Made by a program: the position numbers and the translations under genes | The notes under the pieces: model-generated | Seen by the model: the letters and a program-made list of their open reading frames with translations, nothing else | Database searches by the model: none | What the model was told of the DNA's origin: nothing | Source of the DNA: Nitrospirota bacterium | GTDB lineage: Bacteria; Nitrospirota; Thermodesulfovibrionia; UBA6902; DSMQ01 | Reading direction: 5' to 3' | DNA: 64,000 bases | NCBI GenBank assembly: GCA_016212185.1 | Contig: JACRGX010000002.1 | Span: forward strand, 3,760 to 67,759 | Part shown: positions 48,027 through 58,704 of the stretch, piece after piece | How positions within the stretch are numbered: the first letter of the stretch is position 1 | How the letters are laid out: each line of letters begins with the position of its first letter

Positions 48027-48875
48027 CTATCCGGCTTTTGCGAGTCCTGATTCCAGCGCCTTTCTCATTACTTCAACAGGCGGTTTTTTCCCTGTCCATA
48101 ATTCAAATGCAAACACGCCCTGCCACAGGAGCATGCCGAGTCCGTTAAGAGTTTTACATCCTTTTTGAGAGGCTTTTCCAAGAAATACTGTTTTTTTATA
48201 GACTAAGTCACAGACAATATGCTTTTTGTTGAGGTTGCTTAAATTGATAGGCATCGGGTCGCCCTTTTTAAAACCGAGCGGCGTTGCGTTAATTATTATG
48301 TCAAACTCATCAAGCTGATGGCTGATAGCTGATGGCTGATAGCTGAAGAAAAAAATGTTTTTGCGGATTTTTCTTAAATCCCTCACAAGCTTCTCCGCTT
48401 TTTTCTTATCTATATCAAACAAAAATAATTTTCCTGCTTTCTCACTGAGATAATAGCTGATTGCGCGCGATGCGCCGCCTGCGCCAATTATCAGAATTTT
48501 CTTTCCGCGGACATATATTCCCGCCTCAGATAATGACTTCATAAATCCCCTGCCGTCTGTGTTATATCCGATAAGTTTTCCGTCTTTATTGACGATTGTA
48601 TTTACTGCGCTGATGAACAGCGCTTCTTTATCAACCTCATCAAGCAAGGATACAACCTTTTCCTTATGCGGCACAGTGACATTTACGCCGGTAAGATTAA
48701 GCACTCTTACTGCCTTGACAGCCTGCGGAAGTTCCTCGGGAAGAACTTTAAACGGCAGATAGCACATATCAAGTTTCATTACCTTGAATGCGGCATTATG
48801 CATTGCCGGCGACAGTGTGTGCTCTACAGGAAAGCCTAACAATCCAAGTATTTTAGTTTTCCCACTTACATCCAT
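48027..48875 (-). CDS. aroE: Shikimate dehydrogenase
   Basis: HTLSPAMHN, NVTVPHK, AVNT, NTD, GAGGA, NATPLG, GMLLWQG. Confidence 0.95.
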   Translation of the reverse strand: MDVSGKTKILGLLGFPVEHTLSPAMHNAAFKVMKLDMCYLPFKVLPEELPQAVKAVRVLNLTGVNVTVPHKEKVVSLLDEVDKEALFISAVNTIVNKDGKLIGYNTDGRGFMKSLSEAGIYVRGKKILIIGAGGASRAISYYLSEKAGKLFLFDIDKKKAEKLVRDLRKIRKNIFFFSYQPSAISHQLDEFDIIINATPLGFKKGDPMPINLSNLNKKHIVCDLVYKKTVFLGKASQKGCKTLNGLGMLLWQGVFAFELWTGKKPPVEVMRKALESGLAKAG

Positions 48876-50145
48876 CGGTTATCCCTTTTAATAATCCTTC
48901 AGGGGTAGACTCAATCGCCTTGACCCTAATCTGCAGATTTTCCTCAAGGTCCTTCAGCGTCAGATTGTCCAGAAATATGCCGGCGCCGTCTTTAAGCAAA
49001 ACATTGGGAATTAACAGACAATCGCCTTTTACCTTCCCGATCAGCGTCTTCAGTATATCCTTGCCTGTAAGCAGTCCCGCCACAGTGATTGTCTGACCAA
49101 AAAACTTATTTTCTATCTTTAGAATCTCAAGGGAGAGTCCGTCTATGGCGCTGAATTTCTGAGCTGCCTCTTCAAGATACGGCGCAAAAGCAGCGCCCGT
49201 AATTGCAAACACTTTTCGCGGCTCCATCTTTTTAGGGATTTTTAATTTCTTCATGGAATTTAAAAATGACGGCGCCAGTCCGACGCCGTTTTCAATCTGA
49301 GGAAAGTCGCCGTATTCTCCGATAGGAGGAAATGGCATGTCTGCCTTTATGTATAACTCATCCGCCGCATATATTACGGGGTCTCCGTGGCGTTTTTTAA
49401 ACCTCTTGCTGAATTGCCTGATCATCTCTATTATTTTTTCAGCCTCGGCCTTTTCAACAGATTTTACATGTGTCTTTCTGTATTTCGTCAATCCCACAGG
49501 AACAACTGCGATTGATGCAATATAAGGGTAAAACTTATACAGGTCCTTGATGGTCTTTGAAAGTTCCTCACCGTCATTAACCCCGGGAATTATTACAATC
49601 TGTGCGTGCAGCCTTATTTTATTGTTTACAAAATCCTGAATCTCGGCCAGGATATCCGGCGCCTTGGGATTGCCTAATATTTTTCTGCGCAGGTCATTGT
49701 TTGTGGTATGAACAGAGACATAAATAGGACTGAGTCTCTGCTCAAAGATGCGTTTTTTATCGGCAGGCGGAAGATTTGTCAGCGTTATATAATTCCCATA
49801 CAGGAAAGACATCCTGTAATCGTCATCCTTCAGATAAAGCGATTTCCTCATACCCTTGGGCATCTGGTCAACAAAACAGAATAAACATTTATTCCTGCAG
49901 GACTTCGGCATGAACGGTTTCAGTTCAAAACCCGGGTCTGTCTTTTGCTTCTTTTTTATCTTAACCAGATGAGTCTTATCCCCCCTCTGGACTTTCAAAT
50001 CCAGCGTCCCGTCCTTTGAATAGTACATGTAATCAATAAGGTCCTTGACCTGCGCGCCGTTGACAGACAGAATAATGTCGTCCTTTTTAAGTCCGGCCTC
50101 ATGGGCAATGCTTCCTTCTGTGATATGACTAATTACAAGGCTCAT
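48853..50145 (-). CDS. PDZ + radical SAM DUF512-family protein
   Basis: CRNKCLFCFVDQMP, KDDDYRMSF, QIENGVG. Confidence 0.88.
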   Translation of the reverse strand: MSLVISHITEGSIAHEAGLKKDDIILSVNGAQVKDLIDYMYYSKDGTLDLKVQRGDKTHLVKIKKKQKTDPGFELKPFMPKSCRNKCLFCFVDQMPKGMRKSLYLKDDDYRMSFLYGNYITLTNLPPADKKRIFEQRLSPIYVSVHTTNNDLRRKILGNPKAPDILAEIQDFVNNKIRLHAQIVIIPGVNDGEELSKTIKDLYKFYPYIASIAVVPVGLTKYRKTHVKSVEKAEAEKIIEMIRQFSKRFKKRHGDPVIYAADELYIKADMPFPPIGEYGDFPQIENGVGLAPSFLNSMKKLKIPKKMEPRKVFAITGAAFAPYLEEAAQKFSAIDGLSLEILKIENKFFGQTITVAGLLTGKDILKTLIGKVKGDCLLIPNVLLKDGAGIFLDNLTLKDLEENLQIRVKAIESTPEGLLKGITDGCKWEN

Positions 50146-50195
50146 TTATTGATCTTCCCTGCGGCAAGACCACAGGGAATACGCTCACTATCCAT

Positions 50196-50756
50196 TTAAC
50201 CGCTCTTAACCATCGCATTGTTGGAAATCTTCAATCCCCTGTAAATATAATGTATGCCAGAGGCTGCCGTAAGAAATGCAACTGCAACCATAAAAAATAC
50301 AGGCATTTCGGCGTTCCCCTTTATATTAATTAATAACAGCGCAAACCCTATCAGGAAAAACTGGCAGAGGTTTGCAGCCTTTCCCACAAGGCTCGGCTCA
50401 ACCCTTACGGTATGTGTGACAAAATAAAAAATCAGCCAGCCCGTCACCACAATCAGATCCCTGCTTATAACCGTAATTGTAAGCCACTTCGGTATCCAGC
50501 CGTAAACGCTCATCAAAATAAAAGACGTTATAAGCAGGAACTTATCCGCAACCGGATCCAGTATGCCTCCCAATGCCGTTATCTGTTTTTTCGCCCTTGC
50601 CAAAAGCCCGTCAAGTATGTCGGTAATTCCGGCCGACAGAAAAAGAATAAGGCTGTATTCATAGTAACCGTAAATTAAAGTCGCCGCAAAAAAAGGCAGT
50701 AACAATATCCGGATTATTGTCAAAATATTGGGAAGATTGCCTGTTATCGGTCCCAA
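50196..50756 (-). CDS. CDP-alcohol phosphatidyltransferase (PgsA-like)
   Basis: NLPNILT..R, TDILDGLLAR...GGILDPVADK. Confidence 0.88.
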   Translation of the reverse strand: MGPITGNLPNILTIIRILLLPFFAATLIYGYYEYSLILFLSAGITDILDGLLARAKKQITALGGILDPVADKFLLITSFILMSVYGWIPKWLTITVISRDLIVVTGWLIFYFVTHTVRVEPSLVGKAANLCQFFLIGFALLLINIKGNAEMPVFFMVAVAFLTAASGIHYIYRGLKISNNAMVKSG

Positions 50757-50779
50757 AAAAAGCCTCCACCTGAGTCTTT

Positions 50780-52543
50780 CTAAAACAGCCCTTTAACCTT
50801 GCCTGTATTTACATCCACGTCAACTCTGCGGTATGCAGGGTCTGATGCTGTTCCCGGCATCAACTTAATTGCGCCTGCAACCGGAACAACAAAGCCCGCG
50901 CCTTTGTAAGTGAGAATGTCACGGATGAGAAGCTTCCACCCTTTTGGCACGCCTTTTAAATTAGGATTGTCGGTTAAACTCAGATGGGTCTTGACCATGC
51001 ATGTTCCGAGTTTTGAAGTCTCGGGGTCTTCCTCCATCTTCTTTGCCTTTACAAACGCATCAGGAGCATATTCCACGCCGTCTGCTCCGTAAACTTCTGT
51101 TGCAATTAATTCAATGCGCTTGCGTAATGGTGTGGAAAGTTCATAAAGAAACTTGAAGTTGTTCGGTTCATTGCACGCATCAACAACCGCATCCGCAAGT
51201 TCAAGGGCCCCTTCACCGCCAAACTGCCAGTGTTTTGAGAGCGCAACTCTTGCGCCTGCCGTCTCTGCAATCCTGCGGACAGCCTTTATCTCATTGTCGG
51301 TGTCTGTATAAAAAGCGTTTATGCAGACAACAGGATTAATGCCTGCCTTCTTAACGACATTCACCAGATGAATAAGATTTACACAGCCCTTTTCCACCCA
51401 GCCGACATTTTCACCCTTGTATTCTTCAGGTATCGGCCTTCCCGGCACAGGAATCGGAGCGCCGCCGTGGCATTTTAAGGCCCTGATTGTAGCAACGAGA
51501 ACCGCTGCATTAGGCTTCAGTCCTGAGAACCTGCATTTTAGATTCCAGAATTTCTCAAAACCGATGTCTGCCGCAAACCCGGACTCCGTCACATTATAAT
51601 CAGCAAGCTTAAGTCCGATCCTGTCTGCAATAATAGACGACTGCCCGATTGCAATATTGGCAAAAGGACCTGCATGTACAAGGACCGGCTGTCCCTCAAT
51701 CGTCTGCATGAGATTGGGATTGAGCGCCTCCACCATCCAGGCAGTCATTGCGCCTGCGACATTAAGGTCTTCTGTTGTAACGGGCTTGCCGCTCTTGTCA
51801 TAGGCCACAACAATCCTCCCCATTCTCTCTCTCATGTCCTTTAAATCTTTTGCGACAGCAAGGATAGCCATAACCTCTGATGAAACCGCTATTGCAAATC
51901 CGGAATTCATCATAAAGCCGTCGTTTTTGCCGCCTAATCCTATTGTTATCTCTCTTAACGCCTGCGCACAGAAATCCATTATCCATTTCATCTCAATATT
52001 GCGCGGGTCAATGTTGAGCCTCTTTAATTTGCGCTTCGCAAGCTGTTCGTCAGTGTAGTTGAATTCGTGCTGTATGCGGGACGTAAGCGCAACCATTGCA
52101 AGATTGTGAGCATTCATGATTGCATTGATGTCGCCGGTAAGCCCTAATGAAAACGGGGTCAGAGGAATGCACTGCGACAATCCGCCGCCTGCGGCAGAAC
52201 CCTTAATGTTCATCGTCGGTCCGCCGGATGGCTGCCGGATGGCTGCTATAACATTCTTTTTACGCTTGCCAAGCCCCTGAGTCAATCCGATTGTTGTTGT
52301 TGACTTGCCTTCTCCCAGAGGGGTCGGTGTAATAGCGGTAACATCAATGTATTTTCCGTCCGGTCTGCCGGCAAGACGTTTCAGTATCTTATTAAAGTCA
52401 AGCTTTGCCACATAATGCCCGTGCGGCAAAAGTTCTTCCTTTTCAAGACCAAGTTCCTCTCCTAACTGATAAACAGTCTTCATGTGCGCTTCAGCGGCTT
52501 CTGCAATCTCCCAGTCTGCGTGCTTGGTTGGATCAATCGGCAT
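50780..52543 (-). CDS. fhs: Formate--tetrahydrofolate ligase
   Basis: [44 protein letters not shown]. Confidence 0.96.
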   Translation of the reverse strand: MPIDPTKHADWEIAEAAEAHMKTVYQLGEELGLEKEELLPHGHYVAKLDFNKILKRLAGRPDGKYIDVTAITPTPLGEGKSTTTIGLTQGLGKRKKNVIAAIRQPSGGPTMNIKGSAAGGGLSQCIPLTPFSLGLTGDINAIMNAHNLAMVALTSRIQHEFNYTDEQLAKRKLKRLNIDPRNIEMKWIMDFCAQALREITIGLGGKNDGFMMNSGFAIAVSSEVMAILAVAKDLKDMRERMGRIVVAYDKSGKPVTTEDLNVAGAMTAWMVEALNPNLMQTIEGQPVLVHAGPFANIAIGQSSIIADRIGLKLADYNVTESGFAADIGFEKFWNLKCRFSGLKPNAAVLVATIRALKCHGGAPIPVPGRPIPEEYKGENVGWVEKGCVNLIHLVNVVKKAGINPVVCINAFYTDTDNEIKAVRRIAETAGARVALSKHWQFGGEGALELADAVVDACNEPNNFKFLYELSTPLRKRIELIATEVYGADGVEYAPDAFVKAKKMEEDPETSKLGTCMVKTHLSLTDNPNLKGVPKGWKLLIRDILTYKGAGFVVPVAGAIKLMPGTASDPAYRRVDVDVNTGKVKGLF

Positions 52544-52690
52544 TGTTTAAAATCCTCCTCTTCAATTATTTAGTTTAAACTTGTTCAAGTTTGTTCAAGT
52601 TTGTTCAAAGAGTTTAATATGGTTCAATGTTGTTCAAAATTAAACCATCTTGAACCATTTGAACCATTTAAACTCTTTGAACAATGTTCT

Positions 52691-53146
52691 TTAGTAGCTT
52701 ATCAGCATACCTAAAAACTTCTCGTTCATGCGCCTTAAATTTTTGCATATGATTAAAAGCATCTTCTTCGTTATCTTTACGGCAAGGACAAGATTCTCCT
52801 TCTCCATTTTTTCAAAATCTTCTTTTGGTATCAGAAATATCTCCGTATTTTCAAGCGCGACTGCATTTGCCTCATGCCGTCTTTTTTCAAGTATTGACAG
52901 CTCTCCTAAAAAATGGCCTGTCCCCAGAATGGCAAGTGTCTGTTTCCATTCGTCAGGAGTGACCTTGGAAATTTCTACTTTCCCGGAATGTATGAGATAG
53001 AGCCCTTTTGTCTCTTCCTTTTCCTTAAAAAGATATTCGCCTTTTTTAAAAGACAGCTTTTTTACTATCTTCGCAATGCTTTCAAGCCCTGCCTCATCAA
53101 TGTCTTCAAGCAGGACCTGCTGTTTTAATATCGCCGGCTTAATCAT
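52691..53146 (-). CDS. Stand-alone cyclic-nucleotide-binding (Crp-type) domain protein without an HTH
   Basis: LYLIHSGKVEI, FLGELSIL, RHEANA. The upstream extension of the ORF is REP-derived. Confidence 0.82.
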   Translation of the reverse strand: MIKPAILKQQVLLEDIDEAGLESIAKIVKKLSFKKGEYLFKEKEETKGLYLIHSGKVEISKVTPDEWKQTLAILGTGHFLGELSILEKRRHEANAVALENTEIFLIPKEDFEKMEKENLVLAVKITKKMLLIICKNLRRMNEKFLGMLISY

Positions 53147-53269
53147 AATACCCCCTCTGCATAATATGTTATCATTCCCGCGAAAGCGGGAATCCAGGAA
53201 ACAACTTTCTGGATTCCGCATTCCCGATACATCGGGGCGGAATGACGAAATTAAGGAAATTCTTAACTC

Positions 53270-56035
53270 TTAACTTTTAACTCTTAACTTTTCTATCTTC
53301 ACCGCACATACCTTCAGCTCAGGTATCTTACACACAGGGTCAAGGGCGGTATTTGTAAGGACATTGGCTGCTGCCTCCCTGTAGTGGAATGGTATAAACA
53401 CCATTCCCTTTACAGGTTTTTCTGAAATCTGCACCTTGATTTCTATCTCCCCCCTCCTTGAAGATACCTTTACCGCCTGCCCTTCGGTAATGCCGAGCCT
53501 GCCGGCATCCTCAGGGTTCAGTTCAACATATGCCTCAGGGGCAACAGCATTTAATGCATCTACCCTTCTCGTCATTGAACCGGTGTGATAATGAAAAAGC
53601 TGCCTTCCCGTAGAAAGCAGAAACGGATACTCTTCGTCAGGAAGTTCCTGTGAACGCCTGTATTCTACCACAGTAAACACCGCTTTTCCCTTTGGGAAGC
53701 CTCCTTTAAAAAGATACGGAGTCCCGGGATGGTCCAGCGTGGGGCAGGGCCATTGAATTCCGTGTTTATCAATCCTTCCGTAAGTAATGCCTTTGACAGT
53801 CTGCCAGACGTTTCCGATTTCCTGAAAGACTTCTTCCACGAAATTATACTTCATAACAAAGTCAAGCCTTCTGCTTAACTCTGAAATTATCCATAAATCC
53901 TCTCTGGCCTCTCCGGGAGGATTTAATGCCTTCCTTACCCTTTGCACCCTTCTTTCAGTATTGGTAAAAGTCCCTTCTTTTTCCGCAAAACTCGCCGCAG
54001 GCAATACCACATCTGCAAGCGCCGCCGTCTCTGTCATAAATATATCCTGAACAACAAGGAAGTCAAGATTCTTTAATGCCTTTACCGTATGATTCATATC
54101 AGGGTCGCTCATCACAGGATTTTCACCCATAACATAAAACGCCTTCAGTCTTCCGTCAAGCGCAGCACCGGTCATTTCCGTCGCAGTCATTCCGGGCTTG
54201 TCTGAAAGCTTTGCGTTCCAGGCCTCTTCAAACTTGGTCCTGACGGCCGGCATATCAACCCTCTGATAGCCTGTATAGAGATTAGGAATGCACCCCATGT
54301 CCGTAGCTCCCTGTACATTATTCTGCCCCCTGAGTGGGTTGACGCCGGTGCTTTCCATGCCGAGATTTCCTGTCATAAGGGCCAGATTTGCAATTGCATA
54401 GACATTCTCAGTGCCGTGTGAATGCTGTGTTACGCCCATAGTGTAATATATGGCAGGATACTGCGCCCTGCCGTACAGCAATGCGGCGTCAATTATTTTT
54501 TGCTTTGGAACTCCTGTAATCTTTTCGGCATATTCAGGCGTATATTTGCTGAGGCTTTCTTTAAATTCACTAAATCCCTCTGTACGAACGAGTATAAACA
54601 CCCTGTCAATCAGTCCCTCTTTAAGAAGCACATGCATCATAGAATTCAGCAGCACTACATCTGTGCCTGATTTATGCTGAATCCATACATCTGCAAACCT
54701 TACAATATCAATCCTCCTCGGGTCGGCGACAATAATCTTTGCGCCGTTTCTCACTGCCTTTTTCATCTTAAGCCCGATAATAGGATGGGTTTCAGTAGTA
54801 TTAGAGCCGATTATAAAAATAACATCATTGTTTTCAATCTCAGGAATGGAGTTTGTCATAGCTCCTGAGCCGAAGACTGTAGCCAGACCGGCCACCGTTG
54901 CGCTGTGTCAATACCTTGCGCAGTGGTCTACATTGTTCGTGCTGAGGCCTGCCCTGATAAATTTCTGGAACAGATAGTTCTCTTCATTTGTGCATCTTGC
55001 AGATGAAAGCCCTCCTATTGCATCAGGACCGTGCTTTTCTTTTACTGCCTTTAATTTTTCTGCAATATAATCAAGCGCCTCATCCCAGGAAGCCTCTCTG
55101 AAACTTGAAAAGGGGTCGAGGGGTCGAGGGGTTGAGGGGTCGAGTTTTTCACTTGAATCCTTGAATCCTTGAATCCTTGAACCCTCTTTTTTATCCTTTA
55201 TTCTGATAAGCGGTTTTGTGAGCCTGTCACCGCTTCCCACAAACTGATACCCGAACCTTCCCTTGGAGCACAGCCATCCTTCATTTATAGTGTCTTCCCT
55301 TGATGTAATCCGCACAATCTCATTCTTCCTGACGTGAAGCGTCAGACTGCATCCGCACCCGCAGTACGGACAGGTTGTATCAATCTCTTTTATGTCCTTC
55401 TGCCTTCCCTTAAGTTCCCACATCTTGCCTGTCAGCGCTCCGGTCGGGCAAACTGCAACACACTGCCCGCAGAACTCGCACATAAGGTCTTTCTCAAAAG
55501 GCGTGCATATCTTTGAACTGAATCCCCTGTATCCAAAATCTATGGCTGCAACCCCCTCAATCTCATCGCAAGCCTTCACACACCTGCCGCACATTATGCA
55601 CTTCTCAAGGTCTCTTTCAATAAAGGGGTTGCCGTCTCTCTTTTTGTAGATTCTTCTTTCCCCTTCAAACCTGTTTTCCCTGATACCGTAAAAATAAGCA
55701 AGCTCCTGAAGCATGCAGTCCCCTGCCTTTTCGCATACCATACAGTCATTGGGGTGGTCTGAGAGGATTAACTCAAGAATAGTCTTTCTCAATCCCTCAA
55801 GATTGGGGCTTGTTGTAGTCACCTCCATGCCCTCGCTTACAGGGGTAGTGCATGACGTTACAGGTCTTGCCATGCCTTTAATCTCCACAAGGCAAAGCCT
55901 GCACCCCCCGAAGGCCGTCAGCTTGGGATGATGACAGAGCGCCGGGATGGAAATATCAATTTTTTTTGCCGCAGAAAGGATATTAGTCCCTGCCGGAACC
56001 GTCACCTTTCTGCCGTCTATCGTTAAAGTTACCAT
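53270..56035 (-). CDS. fdhA: Selenocysteine-containing formate dehydrogenase alpha subunit (~921 aa)
   Basis: ORFs 54908-56059 and 53270-54895 share a frame, joined by an in-frame TGA in DHCARY-U-HSATVAGL. Also RGQNNVQG and Fe-S motifs. Confidence 0.93.
54879..54910 (-). promoter_or_regulatory. UGA-Sec codon and bacterial SECIS hairpin
   Basis: TGA-CACAGCGCAACG-GTGGCC-GGTCT-GGCTAC; resembles the fdhF-type SECIS apical loop. Confidence 0.8.
55085..55204 (-). repeat. Inner inverted repeat, copy B
   Basis: Encodes RIKDKKEGSRIQGFKDSSEKLDPSTPRPLDPFSSFREASW; matches 41360-41479. Confidence 0.93.
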
Positions 56036-56183
56036 AATTAAACCTTTCAAAGGGTTCAAGGGGTCAAGCGGTCAAGGATTCAAGTGATTTTTAGCTCTAA
56101 GTTATTCGTTATCCTAATAACTAATAACTTATAACGAATTTTATAGTTTACTCGCACCCTCGAATCCTTGAATCCTCTAACCC
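56022..56183 (-). repeat. Outer inverted repeat, copy B
   Basis: Reverse complement aligns with 40365-40539, with fewer GTTATAA units. Confidence 0.9.
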
Positions 56184-56186
56184 TAT

Positions 56187-57968
56187 TTATTCTTTTTGCA
56201 CTGCCTTAAACTTGCATACATCAAAGCATGCACCGCATTTTATGCATATATCAGCATTTATTGTATGCAGTTTCTTCTTCTCACCGGTCACTGCGCCTGC
56301 CGGGCAGACCCTGAGGCATGCGCCGCAGCCTTTGCAGAACTCTGCCAGGACAGAATACGTCAGCAGGTCTTTGCAGACGCCTGCCGGACATTTCTTGTCT
56401 TTTATATGAGTTATATATTCATCTTTAAAGTAATTTAGAGTGCTGAGAATGGGATTGGGCGCAGTTTGTCCGAGACCGCAGAGGGATGCTGATTTTACAT
56501 CCCGGCTCAGTTGTTCAAGAACTGCAATATCGCCCTCCCTGCCCTCGCCTTTTGTAATCCTCGTTAAAATCTCAAGAAGCCTCTTGGTCCCTATCCTGCA
56601 CGGCACGCATTTCCCGCACGACTCAGCCTGCGTAAATTCAAGAAAGAATTTCGCGACATTGACCATGCAGTCTGTCTCATCAAGGACCACCATTCCCCCG
56701 GAGCCGACAATAGAGCCGACCCTGGCAAGGGATTCATAATCCACCGGCGTATCCAGCAGTGATGCCGGTATGCAGCCGCCGGAAGGCCCCCCTGTCTGCA
56801 CTGCCTTGAATGCCTTATCGCCCTCTATGCCTCCGCCTATGTCATAAATAATTTCCCTTAGCGGAATGCCCATCGGAACTTCTATCAAACCTGAATTCTT
56901 AATCTTCCCTGTCAATGCAAAGACCTTTGTGCCCTTGGATTTCTCAGTGCCGTAAGAGGCAAACCACTTGGCGCCGTTTCTAATAATGACAGGGACATTG
57001 GCAAATGTCTCCACATTGTTGATTACCGTCGGTTTTTCCCAGAGCCCCTGATATACGGGGAACGGCGGCTTGGCCCTCGGCATGCCGCGCTGTCCCTCAA
57101 TAGACGCAATCAGCGCTGTTTCTTCTCCGCATACAAATGCGCCGGCGCCGAGCTTTACCTTTATATCAAAACTGAATTTCGTGCCCATTATATTTTTGCC
57201 TAAAAAGCCTTTTTTCTTTGCATGAGATAGCGCCAGTTTCAGCCTTTCAACTGCAAGAGGATATTCTGCCCTTATGTAAACATAGCCCTTGTCAGCGCCA
57301 ATCGCATAGGCTCCGATAACCATGCCTTCAATGACCGCATGGGGATTGCCTTCAATAACAGACCGGTCCATGAATGCGCCGGGGTCGCCCTCATCCGCAT
57401 TACAGATAATATATTTTTGAGCGGACTGGTTCTTTCTGCATATCTCCCATTTCTGCCCTGTCGGAAAACCCGCTCCGCCCCTGCCCCTCAATCCTGAATC
57501 CTTAATAATGCCTATCGCCTCTTCAGGCGTCATTGCAGTTAAAACTTTTTTTGCCGCTTCATAACCGCGGACTGCCGTGTATGCGTCAATATCCTCGGGG
57601 TCTATGCTGCCGCAGTCAGCAAGCACAACCTTAAACTGCTTTTTATGGAAATTATGATAATCCTCACCTGCAACCCAGTCCTGAACAGCGGTTTTACCAA
57701 TTATGTGCTCTGTGACAATCCTCAGAACCATGTCAGGCTTTATAAATTGATACGTTACTTTTTCATCATTGATAATCACATCTACCAGCACGTCCTTTGC
57801 GCAGAGTCCGCGGCAGCCGACTTTGTGCATGGAACAGTTTTTCTGCACCACGGCGTCTATGCCTGCCGCTTTAATCTCCTTGTTAAAGGCATCCAGCACC
57901 TCAGCGCCTCCGGCGGCAATGCCGCCAGTTCCCATACACACCTTTATAATGGTGTTACTCATCTTCAC
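56187..57968 (-). CDS. NuoF/HydB-like NADH-binding beta subunit of the FDH complex
   Basis: GRGGAGFPTG, ADEGDPGAFMD, GGPSGG, SCGKCVPCR, two 4Fe-4S motifs. Confidence 0.93.
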   Translation of the reverse strand: MKMSNTIIKVCMGTGGIAAGGAEVLDAFNKEIKAAGIDAVVQKNCSMHKVGCRGLCAKDVLVDVIINDEKVTYQFIKPDMVLRIVTEHIIGKTAVQDWVAGEDYHNFHKKQFKVVLADCGSIDPEDIDAYTAVRGYEAAKKVLTAMTPEEAIGIIKDSGLRGRGGAGFPTGQKWEICRKNQSAQKYIICNADEGDPGAFMDRSVIEGNPHAVIEGMVIGAYAIGADKGYVYIRAEYPLAVERLKLALSHAKKKGFLGKNIMGTKFSFDIKVKLGAGAFVCGEETALIASIEGQRGMPRAKPPFPVYQGLWEKPTVINNVETFANVPVIIRNGAKWFASYGTEKSKGTKVFALTGKIKNSGLIEVPMGIPLREIIYDIGGGIEGDKAFKAVQTGGPSGGCIPASLLDTPVDYESLARVGSIVGSGGMVVLDETDCMVNVAKFFLEFTQAESCGKCVPCRIGTKRLLEILTRITKGEGREGDIAVLEQLSRDVKSASLCGLGQTAPNPILSTLNYFKDEYITHIKDKKCPAGVCKDLLTYSVLAEFCKGCGACLRVCPAGAVTGEKKKLHTINADICIKCGACFDVCKFKAVQKE

Positions 57969-58467
57969 CTTTGACGCCTTTCAGCGTCTTTATCTCTTTA
58001 ATCAGCTTGTCCGCAGATGATTTGCCGTAAACTTTTTTATTGATTATAAATACAGGCGCAATACTGCAGGCGCCGACACAGTTAACCTTTTCCACTGTGA
58101 TTTCTTTGTCCTTTGTGGTGTCCTCGTCATCTGACAAGCTAAGCTCCCTTCTCACTCCGTTCAGAAGCCTCTCAGAGCCTTTCACGTGGCAGGCCGTGCC
58201 GCAGCAGGCTGTTATGATGTTTTTGCCCCTCGGCGTTAGATGAAACTGCGCATAAAAAGTTACAACGCCGAAGAACCTGCTTGCAGGGATTTGAAGTTTC
58301 TTTGAAACCCAGTTTACCGCATCCTCAGAAATATAGCCGAGCGACGCTTCTATATCCTGGAGTATGGAGATAATGTTTCCTTCTTCTGCAATATGCTTAT
58401 TAAGAAGTGCATTTAATTTTTTTTCTACATCCAACAATACTTCTCCACGAGCCATAGGCAGCACCAA
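57955..58467 (-). CDS. NuoE-like [2Fe-2S] gamma subunit
   Basis: TFYAQF, CCGTACH, NCVGACSIAP; alternative start ATG at 58455. Confidence 0.9.
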   Translation of the reverse strand: MVLPMARGEVLLDVEKKLNALLNKHIAEEGNIISILQDIEASLGYISEDAVNWVSKKLQIPASRFFGVVTFYAQFHLTPRGKNIITACCGTACHVKGSERLLNGVRRELSLSDDEDTTKDKEITVEKVNCVGACSIAPVFIINKKVYGKSSADKLIKEIKTLKGVKGEDE

Positions 58468-58643
58468 ACCTCCATGATACGCAGGGTAAATACTTGTATC
58501 ATTATTGTTGCAGTGATGAGTTTAGAAGGCTTTAAACTTTACCACAGTGTAAAGTTTAGTGTCAAATTAATTTCTTTTTGCTGGGTATAAAATTAACTGA
58601 TAAGGGCTGACAGAAGCGCCCTGATAAAAATCTGGCTCCATAC

Positions 58644-58672
58644 TTGACTATATATCCATTATTCTTTACAAT
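58644..58672 (+). promoter_or_regulatory. Promoter of the AbiE operon
   Basis: TTGACT-17-TACAAT. Confidence 0.6.
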
Positions 58673-58704
58673 ATTAATAAGGATATTGCTTATAAGGATA
58701 ATCT

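Noticed and set aside
53147..53221. N-terminal extension of the cNMP-binding protein (LDSRFRGND)
   Set aside because: Translation of a REP palindrome; the RBS supports the ATG at 53146.
54896..54910. fdhA as a nonsense pseudogene
   Set aside because: The TGA is at the Sec ligand position, in frame, with a SECIS-like hairpin.
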